A DNA stretch of 63,557 bases, counting the filler, from Basidiobolus ranarum (taxonomy: Eukaryota), in NCBI GenBank assembly GCA_040143965.1. It is 20 parts of 20 records of this genome, joined end to end, with 100 filler letters (N's around TTAATTAATTAA, not from the genome) between each part and the next. Parts side by side here need not be neighbours in the genome. Positions count along the whole stretch, not along the records: positions 22,341 to 25,426 come from JASJQH010002741.1; positions 25,527 to 28,611 come from JASJQH010002742.1; positions 28,712 to 31,795 come from JASJQH010002743.1; positions 31,896 to 34,977 come from JASJQH010002744.1; positions 35,078 to 38,157 come from JASJQH010002745.1; 15 more parts are not named here. The stretch is one strand, 5' to 3'. Shown piece after piece: positions 22,341 through 36,560 of this stretch. The notes beneath the pieces are model-generated. The model did no database searches. It saw only the letters and a list, made by a program, of their open reading frames with translations, and was not told where the DNA came from. The number at the start of each line of letters is the position of its first letter. Positions within the stretch are counted from its first letter, which is position 1. The position numbers and the translations under genes were made by a program.

Positions 22341-25300
22341 GCAATATTGCAATTAATGCAGCATTTGGAAGCAACTAGTCAACAGTTAGAGAGTCACTCA
22401 ACAATGATACAAGACCTTCAGAATGCTGTACTGGAGCTACAGCAACATGCTGCTACCTCCGTCCATTCTCATATTGGATTTCAGTCAATCCCACACCACA
22501 GTTTTATCAAAAGTTTGAGGCAAAGCACAGCCAGTGAACTCAGTGGTAAAACTAAAGTTGATTTTGTGCACTCATTATTGTTGATGTTCACCAGTCTTTG
22601 TGCAGCTGGTGATTTTGTACAGTGACAGTGACTGTGATTGTGATTATATCTTCTATGCAGCCTGTGGCTTATATAGCACATGAATATGTGACAATTTTAT
22701 CAGGGCTTCTTTAAACGTTTGTGTTGTTGCATGAGAAAGATGTTGTAGAAAAAGAACACATCCTATGTAGGATGGTGTTTTAGTTATAGCCCATCAATAT
22801 CATTGGCTGATTCTGAGATGGCGCCACATATCAATTATCAGGGAAATAGCACACTATTTCCAATAATGGATGGCAATTTTGGCTTATTATAAGGTGTTTC
22901 TAAGCAATTAAATACACCAAATCTACTGTCTGAAAATTCCAAGATCATTCAAAATGTGTTCAAAATCAAAATCAGAATTGGCTTCCATGCAAAAGCCTGC
23001 CATCACCAAACAAACAAAACCGGCAAGAACAGAGGACTTTGTCAATGAGCAGTCCAGCAATCTACTCTCCACTTTGAAAGGCATTAACATGCCAAAAACT
23101 AACTCAAGTTGTGATAAACCATTAATAAATTTACCGGATGTGTTGCCTTCCTGCAATAATGCAAGCAAAGAGATTGTAACCCCTCACTCCTGTAGCAAAT
23201 CAATAGCTGAGCAAAGTTCAACATATACACCATCATGACCATCAACATCCAAAATGGCTACTTTGCCAACTATTGAACAACCATCTGTAGAAAATTTGGA
23301 TCAAATTATTACAAGAGTACCACAGGCAGAAAACTGTAAACATATATACACAATTATAAGTAAAAACTACAAAGGTGCTTTACAGGCCATGAACAGCAAT
23401 AATGTGGCACTATTACAATTAATGCAGCTTTCTGAAGCAACCAGTCAACAGTTAGAGAGTCACTCAACAATGATAAAAGATGCTCAGAATGCTGTACTTG
23501 AGCTACACCAACATGCTGCTCCCTCCATCTATTCTCATATACATTTTCAGGCAATCACACACACTGCATATTAATGTCACCATAACAGTGCAGCATAGCC
23601 AAATATGTGTTGGACCATCAAGCATGCACATTGACTCAAAATTGCCTAGGCTCATGACATTAGAAAGCTCATAGGAAAACCAGCAAACCAAAAGACTCTG
23701 AATGTCAAATCTGCCATAACTTGCTCTAATGATGAGTAGTCAAACAATCTGGAACCTGTGTAGAATCTTGCCTGATTTCACTTGATTTGAGCCAATTGTG
23801 GAAAAACTAAAAGCCAGGTGTTACTCTGAAGGTTCTTACTGATTTCCTGTGGCTTATCCTGGGTTTTTCCAAGTAAACACAATTGGAAAGGTATAGTTCT
23901 ATTCATGAAACATCTCAAAAATTTACATAATTATTGCCATAAAAAAAAAGAAAAGCAACTGGAGAAGTAATCAAGGACTAGGAAGTTAGTAACCCCAAGG
24001 GAAAAGTAATCCGGCCTGTGAATTGAGGCTCTACTGTCCCACTTACCAAAATCTATACACTATTATCAAGATCTGTACTTTCAGAGTCAGATAAACTAGC
24101 ATAAAAGCTTAATTTCACCTTGGAACTAGGTAGACCAGTTGTAGGAGTGCTAAGTTCAGAAGTTTATCCAATACCCGGTACCCCTCAATAGGACAAACCA
24201 CCAGCAAAAAACTCCTGGTTCTCCAACCTCAACTGGTACTTTTCAAAATGTTGAAGTTAGTCCCAAACTTAAAGGCAAGCAAAAAGCTGCACAAACAACA
24301 CAAAGCACCCTTAGCAGTGTTGCACTACAATGATGTATAAAAATAATAAAAGTGCTTGAGAAGTAGTTTCAAAAGTATTAAAGGAAAAATGCAGAGCACA
24401 TATGCAGAAAGAAGCTTCAGAAAAAGAACATTCAACCTGATGTTCACTCTGGTGCTAACTGTGCAGATATCTGGGAAGAACTTAACACAGAGTTTCACAA
24501 TAATGCAGGGTACCCTCTAGATAGCTGGAAGAATGTTGATTCAGCAGCAATAATTCAATGGTGAGCTTTGATTTAGATATTGATACAAACTTGTGTTGAA
24601 ATACCAGCTATACTCTGGGTATGAAGAACTCTCTAAAAGTTTTAGGAGAATATATCAAAGAAACTAGGGATCTTGAAGGTGACAAATTAGCATTCAAGTT
24701 GTAAATATGTAAAGTTTGAGTAACATTTTCACATATCTGTCAATCCAAAATACTCTCAGATTGTAGCCAATCATGCACAACTATTTTGCAAGATCTCAAA
24801 AATCCAACTTGACAATTTTGTTAGAGAGTATACTTGCACTGTGTCTTTCCCTTCATACTTTCGAAAATACTCTTGAAGCACTTTTACATTTTTTATCAAT
24901 CCTGGTAGTGTGACACTACTGAGGGTACTTTGTAGTGTTTGTGTAGCTTTTTGCTTGCCTTTAAATTTGAGGCTAATTTCAACACTTTGAAAAGTACCAG
25001 TTGAGGTTGGAGAGCCATGAGTCAAGAACCTTCAGAATAATGCCTGGTTTTTAGCTTTTCCACAATTGGCTTGATTGGGCATGATTTTGAGCAAGATTCA
25101 ACACAGTCTCCAAAACAATATGACACTCTTCATCAAAACAAGTGAAGGCAGCTCTGCCATTCAGAATGTTTTGGTTTCCCATTTTTGTATAAGACATCTA
25201 CTATCATATACCTAAGCAAATATGGGTTGTTATATAGGCTTAATGGTCCAACTCATATTCTGCTCAGCTGGATTGTCACAGTGACATTTTTATGTATGGT

Positions 25301-25426
25301 GTGATATTGATTGAGTCCCATATGAGAATGGACAGAGGGAGCAGCATGTTGCTGTAGCTCAAGAACAGCATTCTGAAGGTCTTGTATCATTGTTGAGTGA
25401 CTCTCTAACTGTTGACTAGTTGCTTC
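22341..25426. mobile_element. Jumble of at least three CMC family A fragments, including a near full-length ORF2 on plus (~22940-24730)
   Basis: Homologous to contigs 1, 3 and 5. Inverted copies at 22341-22497 and 24830-25426; many stops. Confidence 0.75.
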
Positions 25427-27200
25427 NNNNNNNNNNNNNNNNNNNNNNNNNNNNNNNNNNNNNNNNNNNNTTAATTAATTAANNNNNNNNNNNNNNNNNN
25501 NNNNNNNNNNNNNNNNNNNNNNNNNNTATGTACAGATTGTTTCCCATTACACTGCACTACCTATAATTGCTTCAAAAGGGCGAGGGTCTCACTGGTCGCG
25601 CCTTAGAACTCTCTAGTTTTAGTCAGTGAGAGTTTCGTTCAAAACCTGTATATTTCGTAGCTATCTCCGCCACCTTATCCCGCAATCGTCGTCCACCTTT
25701 ATATGTCCATATTGTATAGTCATCTACCGCCCTCTGTATTATATATTGTTTCACTAGATCACCACTTGATTATATATAAATTATTCTAATACTTTATAAC
25801 CACCACCAGTAATCAAGCATCGATTTGCGTCTTATGCGGGTGAATAGTTGCTATTTATTAGATCCGATTCACTTTCAAATTAATCTGACGGACATTCCGC
25901 ATTCATCCATAGGAATGGTTTGTTTAATATAATAATAATAGTTGCGACGACCGTGAAGCCTGGGAACTCTTAATGTGGGGAAAATAGGATATAAATATGC
26001 CGCCCTAAAATTAGGATGATAGAAATGAACCGGTAATTGGTCCCAAGAAAGTTTATATTTACAACTATCAGGACCCAAGCTTTCAGCCGTCCTAATACAT
26101 GTTCGATTGGAATAATCCAGATTTATTTTAGTGGCAGTTATCAATCATTCATCTCGATACCTGAAATAAGTATCTAAAATCAAACATTAATTCTTCCCAA
26201 AAGTATACGTTTCTCCGATAGAAATATGTTTCGTCTGGTCATCTTAATAAAATATGATGCTACCTTAAACAATAACAACATTGCTACCAAATTCATATTA
26301 AATAATACTCCAATGCAATTCAATTCACTTCGAAACAAGATGCGTTGAGAATCACCTCACACGTACAGCTCATAATCGATTCACTTTTTTGCAAGCATTT
26401 TTCAAATGGCAGTAGCTTTGCCTCCACTGCATACTTCAACTTCATATTTAACACACAGCTTAATCAGAGTCCAAATAACAGTCTCTGACATTTTGAGGGT
26501 GATTCCACTACTCTTCGTAATACTACCAATATTTGTATTCAGTACTATCAGTAAATCAGTTTTGAGCTCACTCTTTTTGAACGATTTTTTTGCCAATCGC
26601 CATTGTTTCACCCTATATTGCAATAGACAGTCATATAAAATGTTTAAGCATAGCTGGGCCCCTTTCCAAGCACTAACTGTTGGAGTTTACTGCCCATATA
26701 TTTCTGTAATATAGGAAGCAGACTAAATATCATGCTGCTCACATATACTGTCGGTAAGTAAACCACAAATGTGAAAATTTGGATAAGTTCACCATCAGTT
26801 TAAAGAGTATTTGCCTAACCATTCAAGTACGAATTGGGCACCATAGGAAAGGACTTCTAGACCGGTACAGACTTATGCTTTATGCCAATAGATCGGAGGG
26901 TGAGAGCATTTTTGTATGAGACACAATCAACGTGGTTAGTATTGACTAGAACTTAGATTTTATTAGAGCATGAGAGGTACTATTTTCTTGTAGAAGTGTA
27001 ATTATAATGCTGATAGAAAAGGAGTGACTGCCACAGTACTTCATGCTGACAACAATAAACGTATATTTGTCAAGGTTGAGCTTGGAATTTTTGAGGTTAA
27101 CCATTTCCCTATTGTTATCGACAGTCTTTTGTGAGATAGGTGTTTGGAAAGATTTCCAATAACATTTAGGATCAAATGTTGCCAAGATAGGTGTTATAAT

Positions 27201-27875
27201 TGTTGAAATATTTTAGGAGTTTGTTGGAAGTGGTTTCGAGAACTAGAAGAATTGGTGGTTTTTACTTATTACTTTATTGAGCAGAAAGTTGATATATATA
27301 TTCAAGACGTAAGCAAAAAAATGTGTAGAGTGTGTTAAGAAAGGTCTCAGAAACATGTGTGCAAAGTTTGGGGCTTCCAACACAAGTTTGAAAAATCTAT
27401 ATATCTGAGAGCTTCTATGTAAATTTCTCTTGAGAATAGTGGGTGATATCTTAGTTCAATATGGAATAACTAAATACTGAGCTATATATTATTGAAATTA
27501 GCATTGCTTAAACGCCGATATAGTCATATATAGCTTAGTATTTAGTTATCATATATTGAACTAAGATATTACCCATTATTTTCAATCGGAATATACTTGG
27601 AATATTTTACCAACTTAGAAGATCTCTAATATATAGATTTTCCATGTGCTAGAAGCCCCAAACTTTGCACACATGTTCCTGGGACCTTTGTTAACACATT
27701 CTACACATTAGTTTGTTTACATCTTGACAAAACTATAAATGTCAACTGAATACTCAATAAATTAATAAGTGAAAACCATCAGTTTCTCTAGTTTCTCCAA
27801 ACCACTTCCAACAGGCTCCCAAAATACTTCAACATATATGACTATATAGGGGTTTAGGCTATGCTAGTTTCAACA
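27201..27875. mobile_element. LTR-A solo copy (plus, 27490-27834) nested in an opposite-strand LTR-A (27201-27875)
   Basis: The inner LTR is flanked by the 5-bp target duplication TATAT (27485-27489 and 27835-27839); the outer LTR resumes after it. Confidence 0.85.
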
Positions 27876-30519
27876 GTTATTTTCCACAATTATATAGTGT
27901 CATAATATGAATGCAGAGCTATCATCATGTAAAAAATGTTTGCAAAAGAAGTGAGCTGGTTATGTGGTATAGGTTATATATTTTCCTGAACACCTGAGAA
28001 TTAGCAAAGTTGAGCTTGAAACCTATGAGTGTTCCAAATTCTTCTCATGAGGGATTATTTCACTCCCATAGACGTCGTGAGCACATTTCCAATGACTTTT
28101 TTATACCCCTAATGATGATGCTAAAGGCTTTTGAGATGAATCACTGTCATCAAGATATTCCTGTCAATTTAGTCAGTTCGATATCATCTAGGATTAAATA
28201 ATAGTTTTCTTCAAAATATCTTCCCCACTTGATGTGCAGATATAGATTTGCTATAATAGGAAAAAAGCCTTTTATCTCGACAGAATTTTAATGCAGTGTT
28301 ATGGTTACGCTCATTAAAGCATAATGGCATTTTGACATATTGAATTGACTAATCAGAAAAGATCCTTCAGATAATAGCTGTAGGTCATACTTGCACCCAT
28401 CTTGCCAAATGTATCTCTCATTTCAACACTGTTATATTCAAATCTACCATAGCTCTAGCGAATTGAATCCAGTCAATATTCAACTAGAACCAGAGCTGTC
28501 TTTGATATACTTGCTGGAGATAACAAAAAGTAAATATGGATGTGCAGCAATTGTCAAACTGCTATATCGCAACTATTCATTATTGATTCAAAACTCAAGT
28601 CCTTAGAGTAANNNNNNNNNNNNNNNNNNNNNNNNNNNNNNNNNNNNNNNNNNNNTTAATTAATTAANNNNNNNNNNNNNNNNNNNNNNNNNNNNNNNNN
28701 NNNNNNNNNNNCCACCACCACCCCCGAGGGGGGGCCCACGGTCAAATACCGTGGGTCCTCCCAGTATCCCCACCAAGGCTTCAACCCCTCGACTCTAAAA
28801 CAGGCCTCGCGGACGAGATTGGATCCTCGCCCCAACCATCAAATGGCTTCGAAGAAATACTCTAGTTCACTGTAGATCATGGATGGTCGTCAACAGCAAA
28901 TATGGCGTCCACCATCACTACAAGTCCACTTATTACTCTACATACCTAATAGTTCTTCGGACATCGAACCATATTCCTTTCAAGCTAGCATCGTTGGTGC
29001 TAGAAGATTGATTCGCCTAACACTAAATTGTTGTGCAACTCTTGTCTTCTTTTCAAAGTTTGATGTGTAGATACGATCACAGGGGTATTGGTTCTCACCA
29101 AATCGATTGTTGCAACTGACTTGTTTTGGCGCTTCATGCTTGATCGATATACTCCCCCAATCAGTTTTATGATTCTCGGCAATGTGGCTTATTCGGCCAG
29201 GTGCACTCAGAGAGAACAGATATCTAGATTTGGGCCATCAAGCACTACTTGCGTTTATTGTTGAAAAGCCTCGTCATTACCAAAGGAGTCCATAGATGCT
29301 CATACCGTAATAGGAACGAGTGCATGTCAACGAGACTCCATCGCTCACTTTGGCCAGTTATTTTCAGCGGGGATTCCTTATTGGACGTTTGCAGGCATGT
29401 GTATTTATGGCACCAATCAATATTTATAATAAGTGACACCTTCGGTTCCATGCAAATTGCTATCCAAACTGCGTATTCTGTATTTTGACTAGTTGTCACG
29501 TTGCTACATCCTGGTTCCTCCTCCTGAGGGTAGGTTGGGATACAGAGAAATAGTTGTTTGTGAGAAAGTCATGGGCCTTCATCCAGACCCTTCGAAACTT
29601 AAAGTGATGACTGTTACTAGGGGATTCTTTTCGGTTTTATTAAAAGCCAGTTTGCGTGGATCCTTGATATTGATTGTGCACTTAATATTTTCCTAGTCCT
29701 TCAAAAGGCTCAGTTGACCACAATTGATTAAGGTTTCCTTAATAGAGCTCTTAACGTTCCATCTCCTGCTTCCCAACATTAACAGTAATTATTTTTGTAA
29801 TCATAAGTAATTAATTAAGTGCGTACAGCAGGTACATAAATAGTGAATTCTTGCTTGATAAGGAAAGAGTGGTTAAAGACAGTGATACTAAATACCTGAA
29901 TACGGTAGTGAGCCAATTTTCGGCAGGCCACTGGGAGAGGTGAGGGCAAAAACCAGTATTGAAGAGACCCTGAAGGCTGTTCCCAGCATCTTTGGCTCTT
30001 ATCATTTACTATTAGTAGATTCAAGAACATGCATATCCGGACCGGGTTTTCTCGAGTTATGAAGATGATATCATGTTGATGGATACACCATAATAAATAC
30101 GCTGGTGCGCTCCCAATGCTCCTATTTCGTTTTTACTTCCTACTCATCCTTCTATTCTACTTCACCTTTTCACACTGACATTTTACGTTCCCCAATCCTC
30201 TAGTAACTATTTAATCCTACCTTCTTTATACTTTACACCTTATTATATATATTCCAAGTAATTTTATCTAATCTTAACTATTCTTTAAATTACACTTGTT
30301 TGTCGCTTACAAAACGCGAAACATACGAAACACTCTTATATAATCATTTCCCCATCTATCGTTCGCCTTTGTCAAAGCTCAATAATATTTACAACATCCA
30401 TCGGTGCTCTTAGAGTGATTTTTATAACCACACACACCTACTTAAACTCTTAAAAGTCAAGCCTTATTACTTTTGTGTCGCTTTCACTCAAATCTCTCCT
30501 AGTAGCATATTAAAATCCA

Positions 30520-31795
30520 ATGAGTTTAACTTCTATCGACCCAAAAGCGGTACAACCTCCGAGCTTATTCTTATCTCTCTCAGGTTAATACGATTTCTAA
30601 ATATCTATCCACTGAAGAATGTAGATTCACTTTCTTTTGTATATCCCCTACCCTTCTTACAGACTTAAAAAATCCGGAGAAATCGGGACTTCATAGAGAT
30701 GATTTATCTTTCGATAGACATGAAGACGTCACAAATAAGGTATTTTATTCCCACTCAGACGGTACATAAGTATCGTTGACTTTTCGGTTTGTTCCTGTAA
30801 ACTTATACGTTTCTTTTCCTTTGTTCTTGAAATTCTTTCAAATTTGCTTGTCACCATTGGACTCCATATGACTTTTTTCCGGTGAAGCCAAACCAATTCT
30901 ACCACGAGGCGGACCACACCGACCCAAACCAATACCTTCACGATCTTGATGACGATTCATATGAGGTAATTCTATTTCTACCTTTAGCATAGCTCCCTTT
31001 ATATTTTGGCATTGTCCGAGTCTTTTCAATGAGAACTGGAGTGAATATGTGTACAGTCCCATTGAGATTCTCCTTTTCAGAGATTTGCATTATGATAGCT
31101 GTTCCATCCTCCTTTTATTACCATGGTATAAGAGGATAAGGTGGGCTAAGAGCACCTTCATATTCCATTGACACTTAATTATTTTCAATTCTATTGGGAG
31201 CTTTCATTTCATTTGGATTGTACAAAACTGATATGTTGAAAAATTCTCTAGTTGAAAGAAGCTGAGGAAGAACTTTTGTCGGCTCAAAAAACCGTACAGG
31301 CTCAACATAATTTGGTAAGATGTCCTAGGTTTCTAGGGTTCTGATCAAATGATTAAAACTACAATTGATTCTCTGACGCTTTTGCCTACAGATTACAGTC
31401 ACTAGCGCCCAACTTGTGAGTAAAGAGCAAGAGTTTGCCACTGCACAACATGAATGGAGAAGAAAGGTACAGTGTTTCATAGCAATCATGGGTTCAAGGG
31501 TTTGATTAGGAATTATTTCTAAATGGTTTTGGTTTGATTTGGTTAATTTGGTTGCCAATTAATTTTTGAATTTAGCTGATTCAAGCTCAAGCTGATATTG
31601 CTGCTAAAGATGTCCAAATTAAGGAGCTTGAGAGACAGGTACGCCAGAGTTTATTACATGATCTAACCAGAAAATAGCGAATCTCATGTTACTCCATGTA
31701 GTTGGCTGATGCATATGCACAATTAGCTATGGCTACTGGCAAATCGATGATGCAAATTCTACGTAGCTCTGAGAGTCTAGCGCATTCCCCACCTG
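30520..31795 (+). CDS. Multi-exon coiled-coil protein of unknown function, 5' part
   Basis: Phase-0 GT-AG exons 31252-31293, 31392-31466, 31576-31638 and 31702-31795 give LKEAEEELLSAQKT-ITVTSAQLVSKEQEFATAQHEWRRK-LIQAQADIAAKDVQIKELERQ-LADAYAQL. Upstream exons and the ATG at 30520 are tentative. Confidence 0.6.
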
Positions 31796-31927
31796 NNNNN
31801 NNNNNNNNNNNNNNNNNNNNNNNNNNNNNNNNNNNNNNNTTAATTAATTAANNNNNNNNNNNNNNNNNNNNNNNNNNNNNNNNNNNNNNNNNNNNGCCTG
31901 TGCTAAAGTTCACACTCGATAACTTAC

Positions 31928-32793
31928 CTGAAACATGGTTAATAAAAGATGCTCCTCCCTAGATTCATACTGATTTCCGTACAATGTGAACATCACTGTT
32001 TGCAATAACGTATCGATCTCGCTTAAGCTGACTAATCTAACTAACGTGGCAATATGTCGAGGTTCGGTCTGGAGCAGAAAAAACAACCCTCCATATTGCT
32101 ACATATTTATTCACGTTAGTACTATTCTGAGATTCACATATAACACAAAATGTGTTGTTTGTAGAGGTCATCACAGAACTTACCTGCATTTTCCTATCAT
32201 CCGGATAATTGCCCTCTGTGACTTCAATATCGTAGAGATGGGAAGAAACTTCTTGCTATATATGTGATATGGTATTTTAGGTAAGGATAGAGAATACTAT
32301 GAAATAACTGATAATACCTTGACTTCTTCTAAAGCCATATGATTCTGAATTAATAAAGCAATACGCCCATCGAGGTACCTAACATCCCTTTCAAGAGTGA
32401 AATTTTTTTTTGATAAAGTGGATATACTAATTTTGAGTTGTCTTAGCCGTTTTTGGGCTGAATGAAACAGTTGAGTCAATATCTTTGGTTAAATGGTACA
32501 CCTGTTGATTTAAAGTAAAGATTCATACCTTTCGATAAGTCATCTTCCACTTCGACATCTTGCTCAGCAGCCATTGAATATAAAGCTGTAACGGAATATC
32601 TACGACTTTGCCTGAGCTCACCAGAAGTGGTTGGTAGATCTTGATCATTCACAGGTAGGCCTTGAGCAGCCGCTAGAGTAACAGTGCGAGCCAGGTTGCG
32701 ACCAGAGTGCTCAATATCGGAGGAAGAATTTCCATTAGCAGCTCCGATATTATTCAAGATACTGCGGCGTTTAGTTGTTGTGGTGATAGACAT
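31928..32793 (-). CDS. Fungal Ras GTPase-activating protein (Gap1/Sar1/GapA type), 5' part
   Basis: Exons 32793-32529, 32457-32318, 32255-32184 and 32098-31928 encode RYSVTALY...[24 protein letters not shown]...[15 protein letters not shown]...[19 protein letters not shown]. Confidence 0.9.
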
Positions 32794-33979
32794 GATTTTA
32801 AAGCTTAATTAACAAGTTTAAAGGCTAGTAATTAGTACTATCGTCTCAGAACAGTGTTGGTTTGGTAACTCCAAGAGCCGGCTCAAGTTCCAAATGCAGA
32901 GGCGCAGACCGAAAAAAATTCTTCGTTCGAGTCGTGTTTACAGTAGGCGTTTATTAGGGGTTAGATTTACTTTCGGGTTGGTTTGTTAAATTCGTGTACT
33001 GCTTCGTTATTGTGGGCAGCTAGATCGTAGTAGTTGTCACACTTCTAAGAGAAGATACTATAAGTAAAACTACAACTGACTTCAGAATTAAATGCCCGTT
33101 TGAGGCCACGAGCAAAGAAAACTTTAGAGTTTGATAAGCAACTATAAAGTAATTGAGGTCAAGGAGATATACTAACTCATTATGAACTTTTCAATAGATT
33201 TTCCATGGCCACAAACAAAATGAAATTCCTTAAATTTGCTGAGCCAATTAAACTACTCTCGCCATCATAGTTTCTCCAATCTACCAGTCAGGATGTGTGA
33301 GATTCTTCTCAATATCATGTGATATATCCGATGATTCAGCTAGAAAACTCTATTATAGTTGATAATTTAACAGGTGCGTAAATATTGTAACCAACTTCCT
33401 GGGCAACAGTCTAAAAATACCACAAAAATCGCTTCACTATTTCCAACGTTTAGAAATCAAGCAACTTTGGGCAATCCATTGCAGGCTATATGGAAACACT
33501 TCAAGAAGCTAGGATGGTCATAACAGTTACTATTTCCAAGCACACTCTACAACCTTTACCTAGTCAAGTCACCCAGTTGTTAGCCTGTCCTCTACAGAAC
33601 AAGGTCTCTTTGACTTGTTTTTAATGGTGCTCATATTGGCATCCCATCAACACACACTTTGCATCATTAGTTTAGGAGTAAAGTTTATACTATAGAGCAA
33701 TGCAAGATATAAGAATTGTGAGTTACATGACATTTAATTTTATTATCAATGAGTTCAAGAAGATTTCTGTTCTTATACATTAACTACTAAGGTCAGTGTG
33801 ATAGCTTTCTTGACCAGAGCCAATTACACTTAATCTGACTATATACTAATCAAAAAGATTAAATTCCCCAGTTTTAAGTATTGTGCTGGTACTCTGATAC
33901 TCCCACTGTGGTGACAAAGGTTTGGAATTGGGAATTGAAAATCTGAAAAAATAATACAAATGAAATGAAATTTAGATAC

Positions 33980-34977
33980 TGTTGGAGGATCTTGACATAA
34001 TGGGGGTAGACTTTGGGTATTAGAAGCAGCTTAGGATAGTGAGTTTTAGTACTTTATTCTTCAGAGTATATGGTGACTTATAAAGTAGAAAAGTGAATCA
34101 ATTGTTTGAGATATTCAGGAGTTTGTGTAATAAGATATAGTAGATAAGTGGGGTAATAAGACATACTTGTTATATAGATATAGAGATATTCCTATTTAGA
34201 ATATAGGGGCTATAGATACATTGCTTTCTGTTTCTGATATATGTATCATAACTAAAGTTAACTATGATGTTGAATAAAGATTAATTATCCAACACCTTCC
34301 CTTAATTCTTATTCAGCATTGTGCTTATATTCACTAATGCCTATTCCTGCTCTTAACTTCTCAAAGCTTGAAGTTTTGAGTGGTTTTGTTAGTATATCTG
34401 CAAGCATGTCTTCAGTATTTTAATAAATAAAGTTCACTTCTTTCTCCAAAATAAGTGACATATTGTACTGCTTACTATATTGAATTCCTTCATGTATTTT
34501 TCTTTCAGATAGCATATTATCTGTTTCACAGCTATCCAATGTTCCATTGAAGGATTTTCCATATATTGACTCCCTGTGCTTACTACTGTAGCAATATCAG
34601 GCCTGGTACCAGTTGTTGCATATATGAAACTTTCAACTGCACTATGGTAAGGAATATGTTTCATGCTTTCAATATCTTCCTTAGTGGGTTTTAGCATATG
34701 TAGCAGATTTGAAGCTGTTTTACATGTGGACATATTGAATCTGTTTAAAAGATCTCCAATATATTTTTCTTGTGTAATACAGGGTGTTCCAATAGTGGAA
34801 TTTTGATGTATCTGCCTTGCAAGACAATGTGCTAGTGATCCAAGATTTTGCATTTCAAACTCAGTAGATAGCCAGGTCTTAGATTGTTTCATCAGATTTG
34901 AGTAATTACTAACTATTTTGATATCATCAACATAAAGGGCAATTATCACTTTAGTGGCTTTGATAGTTTTGAAGTAT
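33980..34977 (-). mobile_element. Copia retrotransposon 3' end: RT/RNase H remnant, PPT and LTR family C (33980-34294)
   Basis: ALYVDDI, PYHSAVES...TRPDIA and MLADILTKPL motifs; PPT AAGGGAAGG abuts a TG...CA LTR. Confidence 0.88.
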
Positions 34978-35077
34978 NNNNNNNNNNNNNNNNNNNNNNN
35001 NNNNNNNNNNNNNNNNNNNNNTTAATTAATTAANNNNNNNNNNNNNNNNNNNNNNNNNNNNNNNNNNNNNNNNNNNN

Positions 35078-35760
35078 CTTTTAGTCTCATATAGTCTCTC
35101 AAGTGTTTCCCAAGCAGTCTGGACATTCTTGGCTCAGTGTGTGTGTCGCAATTGAGAGACTAAGAGATGTAGACAAAGTGTAGAGAGAGCTTTCCACTGC
35201 TTCTTGTGAAAGGCAAGGATAGCTTCTGGTAGTCTCTTTGGGGCTATTTCTTCTCCTGTAACAAACCCACAAAGGTCCTTATCTTCTAGCTCCATTTGCA
35301 TTTTGAACTTCCAAAGATGAAAGTCTTCACCATTAAACTTCTCTGTAGAAGCAAAATGTTGGTAATAGCACTGGTGCACATTCCTTTAACAGCTAGCTTG
35401 GAACTCATAACAAGATAAAAGTGTTTACAGGTCTTAAAAGTATTTTGTATAAGATTTAGAATTGTCAGGTAGAAACTTGACTTTTATTGGATTTTATATA
35501 TCCTATTTAGAGTTTATTCCGAAATTGTACTATTAGACATGCTTAACTCACAACAAACATGCCTGCTAACCATAGCTGACAATCTGAGAGGATTTGGAGA
35601 AGTTTTGAGAAAATAGTGAAAATTGGCAAAAATGATCTAATGATATTTCTGTGAATTAGAGCTATAAACACACATTTTTAATGGCACAGTTGTGTGCTAA
35701 ACAATCAGAATACAAAAAATTAACTACTAATTTATGAGTTGCTACTTACCTATTTCAACA
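35078..35760 (-). mobile_element. Copia 5' end: LTR family B (~35412-35760), degenerate PBS and gag N-terminus
   Basis: EKFNGEDFHLWKFKM gag motif; homologous to 52650-53337. Confidence 0.85.
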
Positions 35761-36560
35761 GAATTATAGACAACAATTTTGCTTTTACAAGATACTGGCC
35801 TACATGAACTCCTTGCAATAGCCATTTTAATGCAGCAAGCAATATCCAAAATCAATATTCAATGAGCACAGTTGACCAAGGTTCATATATGCTCAATATT
35901 ATCACAAATATATTACACTGGCACAGCTAAATAGGAGGAAGATTTAAGTTTATCAGCATTGTTGGCCATCACGTCCCTCCAGCACTATATTTGATTTATG
36001 AAAATCCATATAAAGCCAAGGCAAAAGTATTACTGTTTGTATCTTGAAATAGACATGGAAGTTGCAGGTTTTGGTAGTGATTAATAGCAGGTATATCAGC
36101 AATACCATCAATCTTGCAATAGGTCCTTCATTGGTGGATAATTCATAAATATTTTGGCACTATAATCAACATTTTGAGTTGTAGTATCAATCATATATAT
36201 GCCAAATGTGAACAGCCTTTAACAAACTCAGTGGTTGCCAATTCTCTTCAAATAGTGCAAGATATTTAGTTCTTGAGCTGATTAATGAAAGCAAACCAAC
36301 TACTTGGGCAAAAAAGAGGTTTCATTAAGGAACAATTGTATGTTGGACACTTAACAAGTGTTTTCCAATTGTACCAGGTCTGTGGTGGATGACAATTCAC
36401 AATCAGCAATGATTGCAGAATTGCGTAGCCAGTGTGTACTTGATGACTTAAATGTGTGAGATAGGAGGCTTAACTTAAATATTTGAAAGGAAGCTAAATC
36501 CCATTGCAAATGTGCAGCAAATTGAATATTACATGCAGAAAGCTTAAAAATGTTGATACA
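35761..36560 (-). pseudogene. Degenerate EnSpm/CACTA transposase (divergent subfamily)
   Basis: Minus-strand HYQNL, FALALYGF and WPTMLINLNLPP; nucleotide similarity to 7930-8500. Confidence 0.7.

Noticed and set aside
26370-28611. Pogo/Tc1-like transposase remnant (SSELNPV; short inverted similarity 26370-26405 vs 27930-27965)
   Set aside because: Too degenerate; no DDE motif could be traced.
28990-29700. Non-LTR RT remnant (YGMSIYG, IIKLIGGVYRSS)
   Set aside because: Only short, weak motif resemblances on inconsistent strands; it needs a profile search.
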